The notes: generated by a model not told the origin, from the letters alone. 63,286 bases of DNA, filler included, from Octopus bimaculoides (GCF_001194135.2; 4 parts of 3 records of this genome joined end to end with filler, not necessarily neighbours in it), one strand, 5' to 3'; counted from the whole stretch's first letter, positions 23,677-36,920 are shown. Numbers and translations are program-made.

Positions 23677-25146
23677 AATGCCTACAGGAAAAGTATAAGC
23701 CGGGAGAAGATTTCTGAGTGTTGTCCTACTGAGTCAAGATTATTGGAAAATGTTTAGTGTAGAGCCTGGAGGTATTGAACACAAATATAGGATGACCAAG
23801 GAGTACAAACAAGTGGGATGGTTGTAGCTCGATTGAGGGACACAGAAAACAAACCAGCTGCGATAAAAAGAAGCCGTTATAGTAGAAATAGAAAACATGG
23901 GGAGAGAGAACTGCACAGCTGAGTGTGCTAGGGTGTGTTTGCCAGTGATTTCATGCCAATCGAGTGAGTAGCTCTTCTGTGGATACGGTGCTGGATTCTA
24001 TGTGAGTAACAGCTGAACGGGCCCAGATGTGGAGCAATATTATGTGGCTGGTCTCACCTGACTCAGGAAGCTCGTAGCTGTACATTCTATTAAGTCGGCT
24101 AGTTTGCAGAAAGACGACGAGCCCCAATACAGTACAAACGTAACCTGGAGGTGTTGTTTTAAACGCTGCAAGCTGCGGTAGTCATCCAGAGAAATCTTCT
24201 CGTACAGACATTAAGTTTTAAAAAGCACAGATTATATCGGCAAGCGAAATTTCCTCTGCAGATGGATAGAACTGATGCATCACGTGATTTGAGGGTAATT
24301 TGCTCTTCCTCAGTAACAAATTTTGTCAAACTGACATGATGTCTCGGAAATTACCGCAGTCTACGGCGTTTAAAACAACACATTCAAGTTAAGTTGGATG
24401 TGCAAATTAATATACATACATACATGCATACATGTGTATGTGCGTGCGTGCGTGTGTGCCTGTGTGTGTGTGCGTGTGTGTGTGTGTGCGTGCGTGTGTG
24501 CGCGTGTATGCGTGTGTCAAATTTTACAGACTCTAAAGAAAAGGGAGTGATAATTTCAAGAAATTATGATCAAATTTTCCGGGAAAGTTAGTTTCGAAAT
24601 TTATCGAAACCATACAGTTTTCGTTAGCTGCTAATGTGATAGTTTCGGACATATTTCGTTCTTATTAAGCCTGCTTTTATAATCACAGATGGTTTCCGCT
24701 AGAAGCAATTAGCATAATTATAATTATTAAGCAAAGAGAACAATTCAATAGGACCAATGTCATGAATTTAAACATTTCAGAAATTTAAACAATCCATTGT
24801 TGTCTCAATAGATTGAAATTTGCGCTTTAACTGGAGAAAGAAAATTAAAGTGCATTGTTAGCAACAGTCAATAGCACTCAGAAAGAGGAAATAATTTAAA
24901 GTAATTCAGTACATTTGCCTTGTTTATCAACGATTCATTCATCACTGAACAATGTTACGCTTATCACGGATTAATCTGTGATAACACGGGTTGGAGACCA
25001 GTTGAAGATTTTTTCGTACAGCCAAAAACGCACCCCAATGATCACGCACAATGCTCAGCTACTCAAAATGCACTGATTATCACTTGTGTTTACTGTGCTG
25101 CAAATCTGCGTATTTTTTAAACGAATTACGTTCTCGTACCCGTCAG

Positions 25147-25227
25147 CATGGAACCAGTGAACAGAGAAGATACGAAGTCGCTTGAGCCTAACAAACGACG
25201 GAAACGAGTGTATTCTCAGCAGGAAAG
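25147..25227 (+). CDS. Candidate exon with in-frame ATG and basic NLS-like motif (MEPVNREDTKSLEPNKRRKRVYSQQE)
   Basis: Acceptor ttctcgtacccgtcag|C-ATG-G, donor AAG|gtaggc, 81 nt, only one open frame. No homology recognised. Confidence 0.3.
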
Positions 25228-25503
25228 GTAGGCCCGATCAAGAAAATATACGTGTTGTTCAAAGCATCGCCGCTCTAGGCCACGAGTTTGATGTCAATGA
25301 ATCTACTTTTTGTTTCATTTACAAATCACGTGGGGAATGATTCATTCATTTATCATTATGTTATGATTTCTTTTTTGTTTTGGTTTTGGGTTAATTGTTT
25401 TTTTCGTAACCAAACCCCCGTGATAAACGAAGGTAGATATATCACTTTCATAAAAAATAAAATTTTCATTCTCAGAGAAAAAAAAATCTTTGTATGTGTG
25501 TGT

Positions 25504-25554
<51 letters not shown>

Positions 25555-26017
25555 CGTGCGCGTATGAATATGAATATTCATCTGCATGTACATATATATG
25601 TGCACGCTATGTAAGTGCTTGTGTGCGTGCATGTGCAGGCGTGCATGAGAGGTTGTGAAGCGACTATCTGCATACAGTCATGTGCAGCTATTACTTAAGT
25701 AGGGCAGCGTAGTTTTAACGATATATCATACGGGCGTGAAATCATACATACAATGACCTCGCTTCAGTTTTATGAATTTTACCCTAAGGAACGACCAAAA
25801 CAGATCAATTCAGAAAGGTTCATAGAATATGCACCACACTATTGCAGCGCTCTGATATATTTCACTTCCCTTTCCAACCTTTGTCTGTCTCTCTCTCTTT
25901 CTATCGTTCTCTCTGTCTCTCTCTCGTCCCATCTCCTCCTCTATCTTTTTCTTTCTCTCTCCCCCTCGCTCTCTGTATGTGCCTATATTATATAAATATA
26001 TTTATCTATATACGTAT

Positions 26018-26070
<53 letters not shown>

Positions 26071-26107
26071 TACTATACAGATATGTATGCATACGTGTGT
26101 GTGTGTA

Positions 26108-26355
26108 TTGTTGTGTCTGGGGAGAGTTATTCTGTTTTAACGCCTAATTAATTAACACACTCACCGGTTCAATTTCCACTCATTTATCCTCTATTTTCCT
26201 AAAATTTTCGTTGCTTCTTGCGACCTCTACAATAGTTGTTGACTCTACGTTGATTAATAAGGCATTAAAACAGAATGACTCTCCTCAGACACAACAAAAT
26301 ATGCTTCAACACACGAATTCACATAAAGAATCTTGCAAACCAAATACAAAAAAGA
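26108..26355. mobile_element. Long-TIR fold-back element / MITE, left outer arm missing
   Basis: ttgttgtgtctggggagagttattctgttttaa ... ttaaaacagaatgactctcctcagacacaacaa. Its right extension is the reverse complement of 17160-17222. Confidence 0.75.
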
Positions 26356-26367
26356 TATATATATATA

Positions 26368-26418
<51 letters not shown>

Positions 26419-26573
26419 CATTATTATATAAATATGTCACTGCTGGTGATATCATCAAATTTAGAATTTATCCACAGATGATATGAACAGTAGTAACATC
26501 TAACTTCAAATCTCAGTATATATGTATATNNNNNNNNNNNNNNNNNNNNNNNNNNNNNNNNNNNNNNNNNNNN

Positions 26574-26585
26574 TTAATTAATTAA
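26574..26585. other. Artificial scaffold linker TTAATTAATTAA
   Basis: 44 N + 12-mer + 44 N. Confidence 0.9.
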
Positions 26586-27384
26586 NNNNNNNNNNNNNNN
26601 NNNNNNNNNNNNNNNNNNNNNNNNNNNNNTTATTATTATCATTATTATTATTATTATTATCATCATCATCATCATTATCATTACTATTCACACCTTGGAA
26701 ATAGCCTCTTCAACAGACATTTTAGTAAATCCTTAAAACAAATGGCAATTAGCATCCATTCATGAGAGCATATGAGAATAAAATAAAGTAAAAAAAAAAT
26801 TATAATATATACACAAAACACAAAATGAAATAATATACAATGCGCCCTGCGGCATTTTCCATCTTTAAATCAGTTTTAGTTTCCAAGCTGAGACACATTT
26901 GCCACAGCGCTTCTGATGTAAGTGCCTTTCTTAATTACAAGATGACTACATAGATGTATATTTGTCCGCCAGGCGAGTTGTAGCTGATGAATTCGATAAT
27001 TACAAAGCAAGCAAGTTTTTCTGTGGTTTTGCCTAATAACTCATTTACCAAACTAGCTATCTGCATTCCAACATCACACGACTAAACCAAAATCAAACCA
27101 CAGACTAAAACCAGTTCCATCCTCCTTCGTTAACATTTTCTTTATTTTTCTTGTGGTTGATGCTTCTTGCTTCTTGGTTTTTTTTTTCGATCTGTTTCTT
27201 TTTTCCTTTCTTCTTCGTATTTTGTCCGTTTTCTAGGTATTCTCTTTTCTTTGTTTCGTAGTTGTCCTTTTTTTTTTTTTACCTCTCTATTTGCGGCGGT
27301 GTTAGTTTATTAAAAGCTCTTCAGTTTTACACACACACGTACATACATACACACGGAAACACACATTGACACACATATATGAAA

Positions 27385-27426
<42 letters not shown>

Positions 27427-29165
27427 NNNNNNNNNNNNNNNNNNNNNNNNNNNNNNNNNNNNNNNNNNNNNNNNNNNNNNNNNNNNNNNNNNNNNNNNNN
27501 NNNNNNNNNNNNNNNNNNNNNNNNNNNNNNNNNNNNNNNNNNNNNNNNNNNNNNNNNNNNNNNNNNNNNNNNNNNNNNNNNNNNNNNNNNNNNNNNNNNN
27601 NNNNNNNNNNNNNNNNNNNNNNNNNNNNNNNNNNNNNNNNNNNNNNNNNNNNNNNNNNNNNNNNNNNNNNNNNNNNNNNNNNNNNNNNNNNNNNNNNNNN
27701 NNNNNNNNNNNNNNNNNNNNNNNNNNNNNNNNNNNNNNNNNNNNNNNNNNNNNNNNNNNNNNNNNNNNNNNNNNNNNNNNNNNNNNNNNNNNNNNNNNNN
27801 NNNNNNNNNNNNNNNNNNNNNNNNNNNNNNNNNNNNNNNNNNNNNNNNNNNNNNNNNNNNNNNNNNNNNNNNNNNNNNNNNNNNNNNNNNNNNNNNNNNN
27901 NNNNNNNNNNNNNNNNNNNNNNNNNNNNNNNNNNNNNNNNNNNNNNNNNNNNNNNNNNNNNNNNNNNNNNNNNNNNNNNNNNNNNNNNNNNNNNNNNNNN
28001 NNNNNNNNNNNNNNNNNNNNNNNNNNNNNNNNNNNNNNNNNNNNNNNNNNNNNNNNNNNNNNNNNNNNNNNNNNNNNNNNNNNNNNNNNNNNNNNNNNNN
28101 NNNNNNNNNNNNNNNNNNNNNNNNNNNNNNNNNNNNNNNNNNNNNNNNNNNCTACAGAAGGCTTGTGTTACATGGTTAAAGTATATATTTAAATTATGTC
28201 AGAAGAATGTTATAACATTTTTTAGTATAAAAACATTGTATTTGGAGAAATAACCGGTTTCGTGTTGTCTTTTCAAATTTCTCTACTTCATTGTAAAATG
28301 TGTTCGCTCCCATATATATATGTTTGTGTGTGTAAACGCTACTAATTAATGTAGGGACCACGTAAATACCAGTTCATTTGGTGTTGACCGTGTTTTTAAT
28401 ATGGATTGTAAAGGCATTTTCGCCGTCGTCGTAGAACACATAGACTCGTCGTTTCAGTAGGTTTTGTAGTCTTAATCGTCATTTTGTGGTAAGAGTGTTC
28501 GTTATGGTTATCGTGGTGGCAGTGATCACCATCATCGTGGACGCGATATTTGTCACTATCTTTGACGTTATTCAACACACTGCTGGTTTTTCTGACGCTT
28601 TCGGCTGTGGGTGTTATATGCTCGTGTAGAAGGACTCGAAGTCAATAACGTTAAACGGTAAGTGGCCGGTGACAGATGGGACGTACGGAGCCGAGTTATA
28701 TATCTTCGTAGGAGGCCGTATTGCTATGCATTTGCTACAACAATATTTTACTTGTTATGGCGGTCATTAGTTTAGTGCAAGTAAATAGAAAAAAGATGTT
28801 TATGCAAATAATATTTGGCAGTTTATTATATTTTTCTTAGATATACTAGGAAGTTAGACACATGAAATAAAGAGTTATTTAAAATATTTATTGGTATTAG
28901 TGAGTAACATGTCAGTTAATTGCAAGCACACTCTCGAGAAATTTACCATGTTTAACGCTTTTCTTTATGTTTTTTTTTTGTGTTTAGATAGTCTTGTGAA
29001 AAGAGTGAAAGCTGTCCCAAACTTTCATTTGCCTTAGATTATGTACATGCATGAATACAAAAATACATACATACACTCATATATACATACATACATACAT
29101 AGTTACATGCATACATACATACATACATACATGCATACATACATACACACATACTTATGTGTTTG

Positions 29166-29206
<41 letters not shown>

Positions 29207-29312
29207 NNNNNNNNNNTACGTATTCAGGTACATGTGTGTATATCTAAATCGCAATATCTCTCACTCTCTCTCCTCTCTCTCTCCCCCTCTATCTCACTCT
29301 CTCTTTCTCTCC

Positions 29313-29403
<91 letters not shown>

Positions 29404-29408
<5 letters not shown>

Positions 29409-29885
29409 TAAGCATCCGTCGGTCTCGAAAAACCATGAATCTGCGCCCGAATAAACTGGTTCAGCTGGCGATGGTGGCACACAGTCTGGTGTGGCTGCAA
29501 GGGTACACACGCGAGTGATAGTGACGCAGCACTGCATTCGAAAGAAATCTCTGCCGGTGCCACTGAGTTTTCCTTCCACCCAGCGCACTTTTTTTTGGTG
29601 ACGTGTTCCTCTTTCTGTTCCGCTGTTTTCATCCCTTTTCGCACTATATGTCTCCAGTATGGGTGACCATTTGCGACCTCCTTTCACCTCAGGACGTTCG
29701 GATTAAGTGCTCTTTATATCTCTCTTGCAGACGTCCTTGAAACGAAGAGGAGCTCGTCCGAGAGTCTTGTGCCGGTGGCCAGTTCTTCATACAGGAGTTT
29801 TTTTCGAATCCTCCCGTCCAGCATGCGGTGTACATGAGCAAACCAGCTGAGTACGACGCAGCAGGAGCAGAGTGAGTATCCTGGG
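29404..29885 (-). mobile_element. 5'-truncated RTE-clade LINE (RT C-terminus and 3' UTR)
   Basis: Frameshifted translation ...WFAHVHRMLDGRIRKKLLYEELATGTR...LRFKDVCKRDIKS...WRHIVRKGMKTAEQK; 3' end ttcgagaccgacggatgc runs into (TA)n. Confidence 0.88.
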
Positions 29886-30327
29886 TAGGAATAAATGAAG
29901 GAATAGATTAAACAATCGTTGATTCCTTTGCCATCTTATCATATTCTTACATCTCTGTATTCGACTATATACAGAAGATTCCTAATATTAGCAAGCAGGC
30001 ATTTCTTCACCATGTTACGATATTGCACAGTTTTGATTAGCGAAACGATGCACTAATGTAACTTAGAGCTGGAGGCATTGGTGAATAGAGTCGATGTAGA
30101 TATGGCGGACAGTAGTAACAAATTATATTGTGCTGACCGAAAATATATTATATGTATATCTATGCTGGCTTAAAATATATTGCATCTATATCTATATATG
30201 TTAGCAGATATCTGTGTATTTGTATGTATGCGTATTATGCCAATGAGGGATTGAGAGGAGAAAGAAAAACAAAGAAGAAAATTAAGGAAGTGTTCACCGC
30301 ACTTGTAAAAAGTGTGTGAGTGAGTTA

Positions 30328-30365
<38 letters not shown>

Positions 30366-31123
30366 AGAGAGAGAGAGAGAGTGAAATAATCAGACATAGA
30401 CTAAAAGAGAGGAACTAATACAGAGGGTGAGAGAGATTATGCGTAAGGGAGAGAAACACAGTATGAGAAAAAGCCAGAGAGAAGAGAGAAAGAAACAAAG
30501 AGGGAAGACAAGTTTCTGTAGCACAATTTGAAAGGGAGAAGGATAGAGGAAGAAAGAGAGATACTGTATGTATGCTCTATAGGTGAAGGTGAAAGAGAGC
30601 CGGCTTACACAAGAAAGCAAGTACTGCGGTCAATTCGTATGACTACAATCCTACAAGGTCCTGGCCAGCGTGCTCCATCCTAGCGCAAAAAATGAACGCA
30701 GTAGAAGATAAACAATATAACCTGCATCTGGCATAGATTATACTTTGAATCACAGCACCTCAAATGTATCTTCGAATGAATACCACCTTAAATTTGCTTC
30801 TGGGGCTCTATTTACATTGTGTATGTTATAGAGATAACTATTTTAATATAATAATGTTTCTGGTTGGATATCGGGGATTTAAATGCCAGTATAAGTAGTC
30901 AAAAATCCTTGAATTGTTGGCGTAAGACTTAAGTGATTTGTGTGTGTCATGGACAATTGCAACTCATATTAAGATCGGATCATTTTTTCTTGCTGGTCAC
31001 CCGCGGAAAGCAGCTTGATTTCACTAACTTGCAGTTACATGAAAAGTGTGCCGCGCCATGAAGGAATATATGATAAAGGAATAGCTGGTACATTACTGAC
31101 ACCTCCAGCAGCAAGCTGACTAA

Positions 31124-31198
<75 letters not shown>

Positions 31199-31329
31199 AA
31201 TAATCAAATAATAATAATAATAGTCAAGACGAAGGGCGCGATTCGATTGTGTGCTCGACTAACGATTTAGACCGAAATAATAACCAACTTCAGCGTACAT
31301 CCAAAACAGTCATTCGATTGCCTCCCCAC

Positions 31330-31445
<116 letters not shown>

Positions 31446-32477
31446 TATATTCAACTGTTCGAGATATTAATCTCTCAGAAAGGCTTACATATTTATTAAG
31501 AACGTATTAGAGCGAAGGTAGATTCCATATCAGATAAATAACAAACAGTCGCATCGCTCGAAAGATAAAAAAAAGAAAGACAGAAAGAAGCAGCGAAATA
31601 AATTGCCAACCTGCTTATGTCTATTTCATCATGTCGAGACATGAGAATAATTTATGTATGACATAAATTATGCTGATGTTCCGGCATAGCAAAAGAAAAA
31701 CAAAAACAAAAATAAAAAAAACACACATATATAAATAGTTTATTACTAATATGATATATAGATTTCCCAAGATTATATAACGAAATCGTAGCATAACTGT
31801 AGTTTTTATATCTACAGCTGGTAACTTGGTATTGCACAGCAGAGCATTATTTATTTACTGGTCTATTGTAATATTATTTTGTAACAAATACTGTCGGTCT
31901 CTTCTGAGTGAATGTTCACGTGGACTAAATGGAAGTTTACTTTTTATTTAGGGAAATCTGGTACGTGCATTTCCGTAAAAAAAAACATTTTTCTTTATCC
32001 CTATATAAATGTATTTATGCAAGCATCTATAATTACGTAGGTACACAAGTGTGAGTGTATATATATATATATATATATATNNNNNNNNNNNNNNNNNNNN
32101 NNNNNNNNNNNNNNNNNNNNNNNNNNNNNNNNNNNNNNNNNNNNNNNNNNNNNNNNNNNNNNNNNNNNNNNNNNNNNNNNNNNNNNNNNNNNNNNNNNNN
32201 NNNNNNNNNNNNNNNNNNNNNNNNNNNNNNNNNNNNNNNNNNNNNNNNNNNNNNNNNNNNNNNNNNNNNNNNNNNNNNNNNNNNNNNNNNNNNNNNNNNN
32301 NNNNNNNNNNNNNNNNNNNNNNNNNNNNNNNNNNNNNNNNNNNNNNNNNNNNNNNNNNNNNNNNNNNNNNNNNNNNNNNNNNNNNNNNNNNNNNNNNNNN
32401 NNNNNNNNNNNNNNNNNNNNNNNNNNNNNNNNNNNNNNNNNNNNNNNNNNNNNNNNNNNNNNNNNNNNNNNNNNNNN

Positions 32478-32511
<34 letters not shown>

Positions 32512-32940
32512 TAAAAGTAACGTGTCGTAAATAAACAAACAAACACACCAAATACACAGGCGAACACAAAACACAGGTCACCAACTTTTCAGCAGTTACC
32601 AGCCAGAGGGTCAAACGAAATTTCGGCCATTATCGATATTATTGCTTCCAATTTGGAGGTACCAGGAATGGGCTATACATGCATACATACATACATACAT
32701 ACATGCATACATACATACATGCAAGCACACATACATACATACATACATACATACATACATACATACATACATACATACGTACGTATAAATATATATATAC
32801 ATATATATATATGCACGCAGTTATGACAGAAATATACAGCCCATAAAACGTCGTTTTATGCTTATTTTAACTTGAAAAGATTTTTACTTTTTATTAAAAT
32901 ACATTTCTATTTTTCTGGTTCTATATGTGACTGTTTAATC

Positions 32941-33660
32941 ATGCCACGTATAACACAAACCTTTGAATTTTCTGAATTTCGAAGACGCCGTATTTTGTTT
33001 CAACCTGAAGGTGGACTAAGCATAAAATTGCACATCCTTGGGATCCAGATTTCTATAGGTCGTGTAATTCATGAGATAGGATAAGGAGTCCTCATCACCT
33101 CATCCAGGTTAACCAATGCCCTTTGACAGGACTCTTCGCTTTGTTAAGAGATGTGCGGTTGATAATTCTCGTTGCAAGGCTTCTAACCTAGCAAAGCAAG
33201 TAGATGTCAATCCCAGATTAAATGTCAGGTACCTCCCCAAACTTGGCTACCGTGGCAGAGCAGCAAGAAGGAAGCCACTTCTTCGACCAGCCAATATCAA
33301 GCGGAGACTAGGGAGACCAGGGAAATGGATGCGAGGTCACTAGCAGTTTGAAACACTGTGATATTCCCTAATTTGTCCAGATTTGCTGTATTTTCTGACA
33401 GTGGTGAACTGTGCGGCTGGAATTTCTGTGATCCAAAATTTAACGTGAAAATATAGCAGCCAACAATGAAACAGGGCTATTCTGTTATGGTATGAGGGTC
33501 GTAATTTGGAGCAATGGTCGATCAGAGCTGGTGTGGCGTTGGGGAAACAAACTCAGATAAATATGTATCCATATTACAGAAAAGACTCCTTCCAAGCTAC
33601 CCCAGTGCTGAAATGATTTCAAGAAAACTCTTGGTTTGAAGAGAATGTCATTAAAAAGCT
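32941..33660 (+). pseudogene. Decayed Tc1-family transposase
   Basis: MPRITQTFEFSEFRRRRI...EGGLS; LGYRGRAARRKPLLRPANIKRRL; NTVIF...SRFAVFSDSG; PTMKQGYSVMV*G; NSDKYVSILQKRLLP. Multiple stops and frameshifts; cut by a SINE at about 33665. Confidence 0.85.
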
Positions 33661-33667
33661 TTCATGG

Positions 33668-33950
33668 CCAACTAGAGCTTTGTGAGTGGATTTGGTAGAC
33701 GGAAACTGAAAGAAGACTCTCATATGTATGCATAGATATTTCGATATTGTGCGTTTCTTTCCCCCACCACCGCTTGACAACCGGTTTTGCTGTGTTTGCT
33801 TCCCCGTAACCTAGTAGTTCGGCAAAAGAAATTGATAGAATATGTACCAGGTTTGAAAAATTATGTACAGGTGTCGATCCGTTCGAATAAAAATTCTTCA
33901 AGGGGAGCTCCAGCATGGCCACAGTCCAATGACTGAAACAAGTAAAGGAT
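33668..33950 (+). mobile_element. SINE family B/C lacking its head
   Basis: gctttgtgagtggatttggtagacggaaactgaaagaag...cgcttgacaaccgg...gctccagcatggccacagtccaatgactgaaacaagtaaa. Confidence 0.85.
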
Positions 33951-34240
33951 GTATACATAGATAGAAAAAGATACACACTCCCCCCTCTCTCCCCCCCACA
34001 CACAAACACATACACATGTATCTCTGTGTATCTATATACACATACACGCGCATGAATGCATATATGTATGTATGTCGTAAGTTTTATTTTTTGCTTCTGT
34101 CAGTCATTGAAGTGCGACCTCTCTGATGTAGCACATTGAAAGGTTAAGTCAAACAACTCGACTCCGGTACTTATTTTCTAAATGTGGCGAACTGCTAAGA
34201 TACAACCACGTACATGCATACACACTTACAGGTGTATATA

Positions 34241-34308
34241 CGAGGGGTATATGAAAAGACTTGAGCCTTCAAGTTCTTCGAGCCTCAAGACTTTTCATAC
34301 AACCCTCG
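34241..34308. mobile_element. 68-bp mariner-type mini-MITE (TIRs only)
   Basis: TA|CGAGGGGTATATGAAAAGACTTGAG ... CTCAAGACTTTTCATACAACCCTCG|TA with TA target duplication. Confidence 0.8.
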
Positions 34309-34321
34309 TATATATACACTT

Positions 34322-34756
34322 TTACTCTTTTACTATTTTACTCGTTTCAGTCACTTGACTGTGGCCATGCAGGAGTACCGCCTTTAGTTGAGCAAATCGA
34401 CTCCAGGACTTATCCTTTGTGAGCCTAGTACTTATTCTATCGGTCTCTTTTGCCGAACCGCTAATTAACAGAAAGGTAAACACACCACCATCGGCTGTCA
34501 AGCGATGTTGGGGTGGGGTGGGGGGCAAAGACAGACACACAAACATATACACACACACGTATATATATATACATATATATACGTCGTATATATATACATA
34601 TATATACGACGGGCTTCTTTCAGTTTCCGTCTACCTAATCCACTCACAAGGCTTTGGTCAGCCCGAGGCTATAGTAGAAGGTGCCACGCAGTGGGAATGA
34701 ACCCGAAACTATGTGGTTGGTTGGCAAGCTACATACCACACAGCCACTCCTGCGCC

Positions 34757-34757
<1 letters not shown>
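34322..34757 (-). mobile_element. Full-length bipartite SINE family B/C with internal (TA)/(CA) microsatellite
   Basis: The head (gtggctgtgtggta...ggttcattcccactgcgtggcacct...) at 34757-34610 and the 3' half at 34540-34322 are separated by a microsatellite at about 34540-34605. Confidence 0.88.
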
Positions 34758-34801
<44 letters not shown>

Positions 34802-34918
34802 NNNNNNNNNNNNNNNNNNNNNNNNNNNNNNNNNNNNNNNNNNNNNNNNNNNNNNNNNNNNNNNNNNNNNNNNNNNNNNNNNNNNNNNNNNNNNNNNNNN
34901 NNNNNNNNNNNNNNNNNN

Positions 34919-34977
<59 letters not shown>

Positions 34978-35539
34978 GTATGTATGTATGTATGCATGTA
35001 TGTATGTATGTATAATCATTTTTTTTAGTTTCCCCTCTAATAAGTCAACACTGGGTGTGTAATATAACGCACTCGGGAGTTGGGACTGAACCAGGAACAA
35101 TGTAGTCTGGTATCGATATTCTTACCACAGCCGAAATTAACCTATGTAAACATTGAAACATAGATAAATATATTTAAATACATCCACACATACACCCACA
35201 TCGGCACGTATGTGATTTTGTGTGTATATATATATATTTTATATGTATGTATATATATATTTGTTACTTCGTAGCGTATATTTCCTACAAATACATAAAA
35301 TATTTACCTCCCTCAGAGTTCAAGTAATTATTGATGCCTTGTCGGGCAACTGGCTTACTGACACCGGATGTCCAACGGCGCATTGTCATACGCAGAAGCC
35401 GGTCACATGAGCTGTAAGACATTTGTCTTCTACTTCATCACACTGGATTTAGTACTTTGAATAATATAATTTTCTTCCTATCACTGCTACTTTAAAAGCA
35501 AACGTACCTAGCTCCCTACTGTCATACGCTCCCCTTCCT

Positions 35540-35635
35540 CTTCTTCTCCTTCTTCTTCTTCTTCTTCTTTTTCTTCTTCTTCTTCTTCTTCTTCTTCTTC
35601 TTCTTCTTCTTCTTCTTCTTCTTCTTCTTCTTCTC
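35540..35635. repeat. (TTC)n microsatellite
   Basis: Direct reading. Confidence 0.95.
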
Positions 35636-36339
35636 TATTGCTACCATTACTTCTAGTTTTGTGGTTGTTGCTCTCCTTCATCATTTTCTATTTCTTCATT
35701 TTTATCCCTTTCTTCTTCTCTGCGTTTCTCTCTCGCGATCTCTGTCACAATCCGTGGCATCAATTTCCTCTGCTGTTTTTGTTATATTTTTATTTTGTCT
35801 CCACCTATAAGAAAATTTAAAATAAAGTACTAGAATCTATATTCAAATTTGATGGTTATATTTCTTAACTTTTGACAGCAAACGTTGATTCCAACAATAC
35901 ATTTTTATACTATAATTTTAATATTCATCTACAATTGCATATTCCTATACATAGATATATGGAGACGATGTCGTATTCCAAGTTAGTATTTCACTGCTAA
36001 TTATACAATGGGCCACATATCAATGACAAGGTGAAAAAGATCTCGGCCGGATTAGAAGTAAAAAAGTAAAGAATCGTAACTAAATACCGGAAATTATTTT
36101 GTCGGTGACTCCACCGATCCTGTTGGTTCGCCACTATTTTTCATGTTATGATAAATAGCAGACGTATGGAGAGAGGAATGACGCGAATAAAATAGATGAA
36201 TTATTTTAAAATATCAAATACTTAAGCTAATTAAATGGTATTGCTAAAGTATGAAATAATTATATCTACAAGTATCTTTATTTGAGATTCTATGTGTTGT
36301 CGTTTTTGTAAAGAATATGTTCGCATTGCATCAAAATTT

Positions 36340-36920
36340 CAACGGGAGTTGAAAAACAGAAGTCCAGCTAACAGAATACATGATTTTTTCCTTCTTTTCT
36401 TGAAATGCTGTCCCCTTACTGAAACACGAATTCATACTTTAAGATTTCCATTGATGAACATCTTTCATACAGATATATCGAGCTCTTTATTTTCTTCAAT
36501 AGATGTTTGGCTGTTATGAGTGAAAGCGCTGCAACTCTTGATGGTGATGACAGAGTGAACGAAGCATTCAAAGTATGTCTGGAACTTATCATTCCTAAGA
36601 TTATAACGAAAGATAAGATTGTATTGCTCGGAGAAATTAGCACAAAACTGGGAGTGAAACATTTAGAGGTATATTAACATTAAACATCCGGGTTGATATT
36701 TTCGTGTCAACCACAAGTTTTGCCACAGTAGAAACGGTACCTGACCTCTTCGTAAAATCTGAGTTTATAATTGATCGAGTGCTCATATGATATGGTCTTG
36801 TGTTTTAATATCACAATGAATGTATTTGGAAAGTTCGAGAAATCTTCCAACAACATTTGACTTAATTTATGATACAAGCGAGAGGATATATTATTAAGGC
36901 ATCCTACCGGGAAATGAAAA
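36340..36920 (+). mobile_element. Old RTE-clade LINE remnant, apurinic endonuclease region
   Basis: PLTETRIHTLRFPLMN (cf. xPRIHGVGFAI) and SAATLDGDDRVNEAFKVCLELIIPKIITKDKIVLLGEISTKLG (cf. YAPTL..D..KE.FY..L......DK..LLGDFNA.VG). Confidence 0.7.

Noticed and set aside
29731-29871. Apparent plus-strand exon (tctcttgcag|...|gtgagt) with an in-frame TGA, suggesting selenocysteine readthrough or an antizyme-like frameshift
   Set aside because: All three frames are stopped, and the opposite strand is clearly the RTE LINE C-terminus (HVHRM.DGRI, LRFKDVCKRDIK).
36503-36668. Open exon-like segment with good splice sites (CLAVMSESAATLDGDD...)
   Set aside because: The translation matches the RTE apurinic endonuclease pattern, and flanking DNA continues the same LINE.
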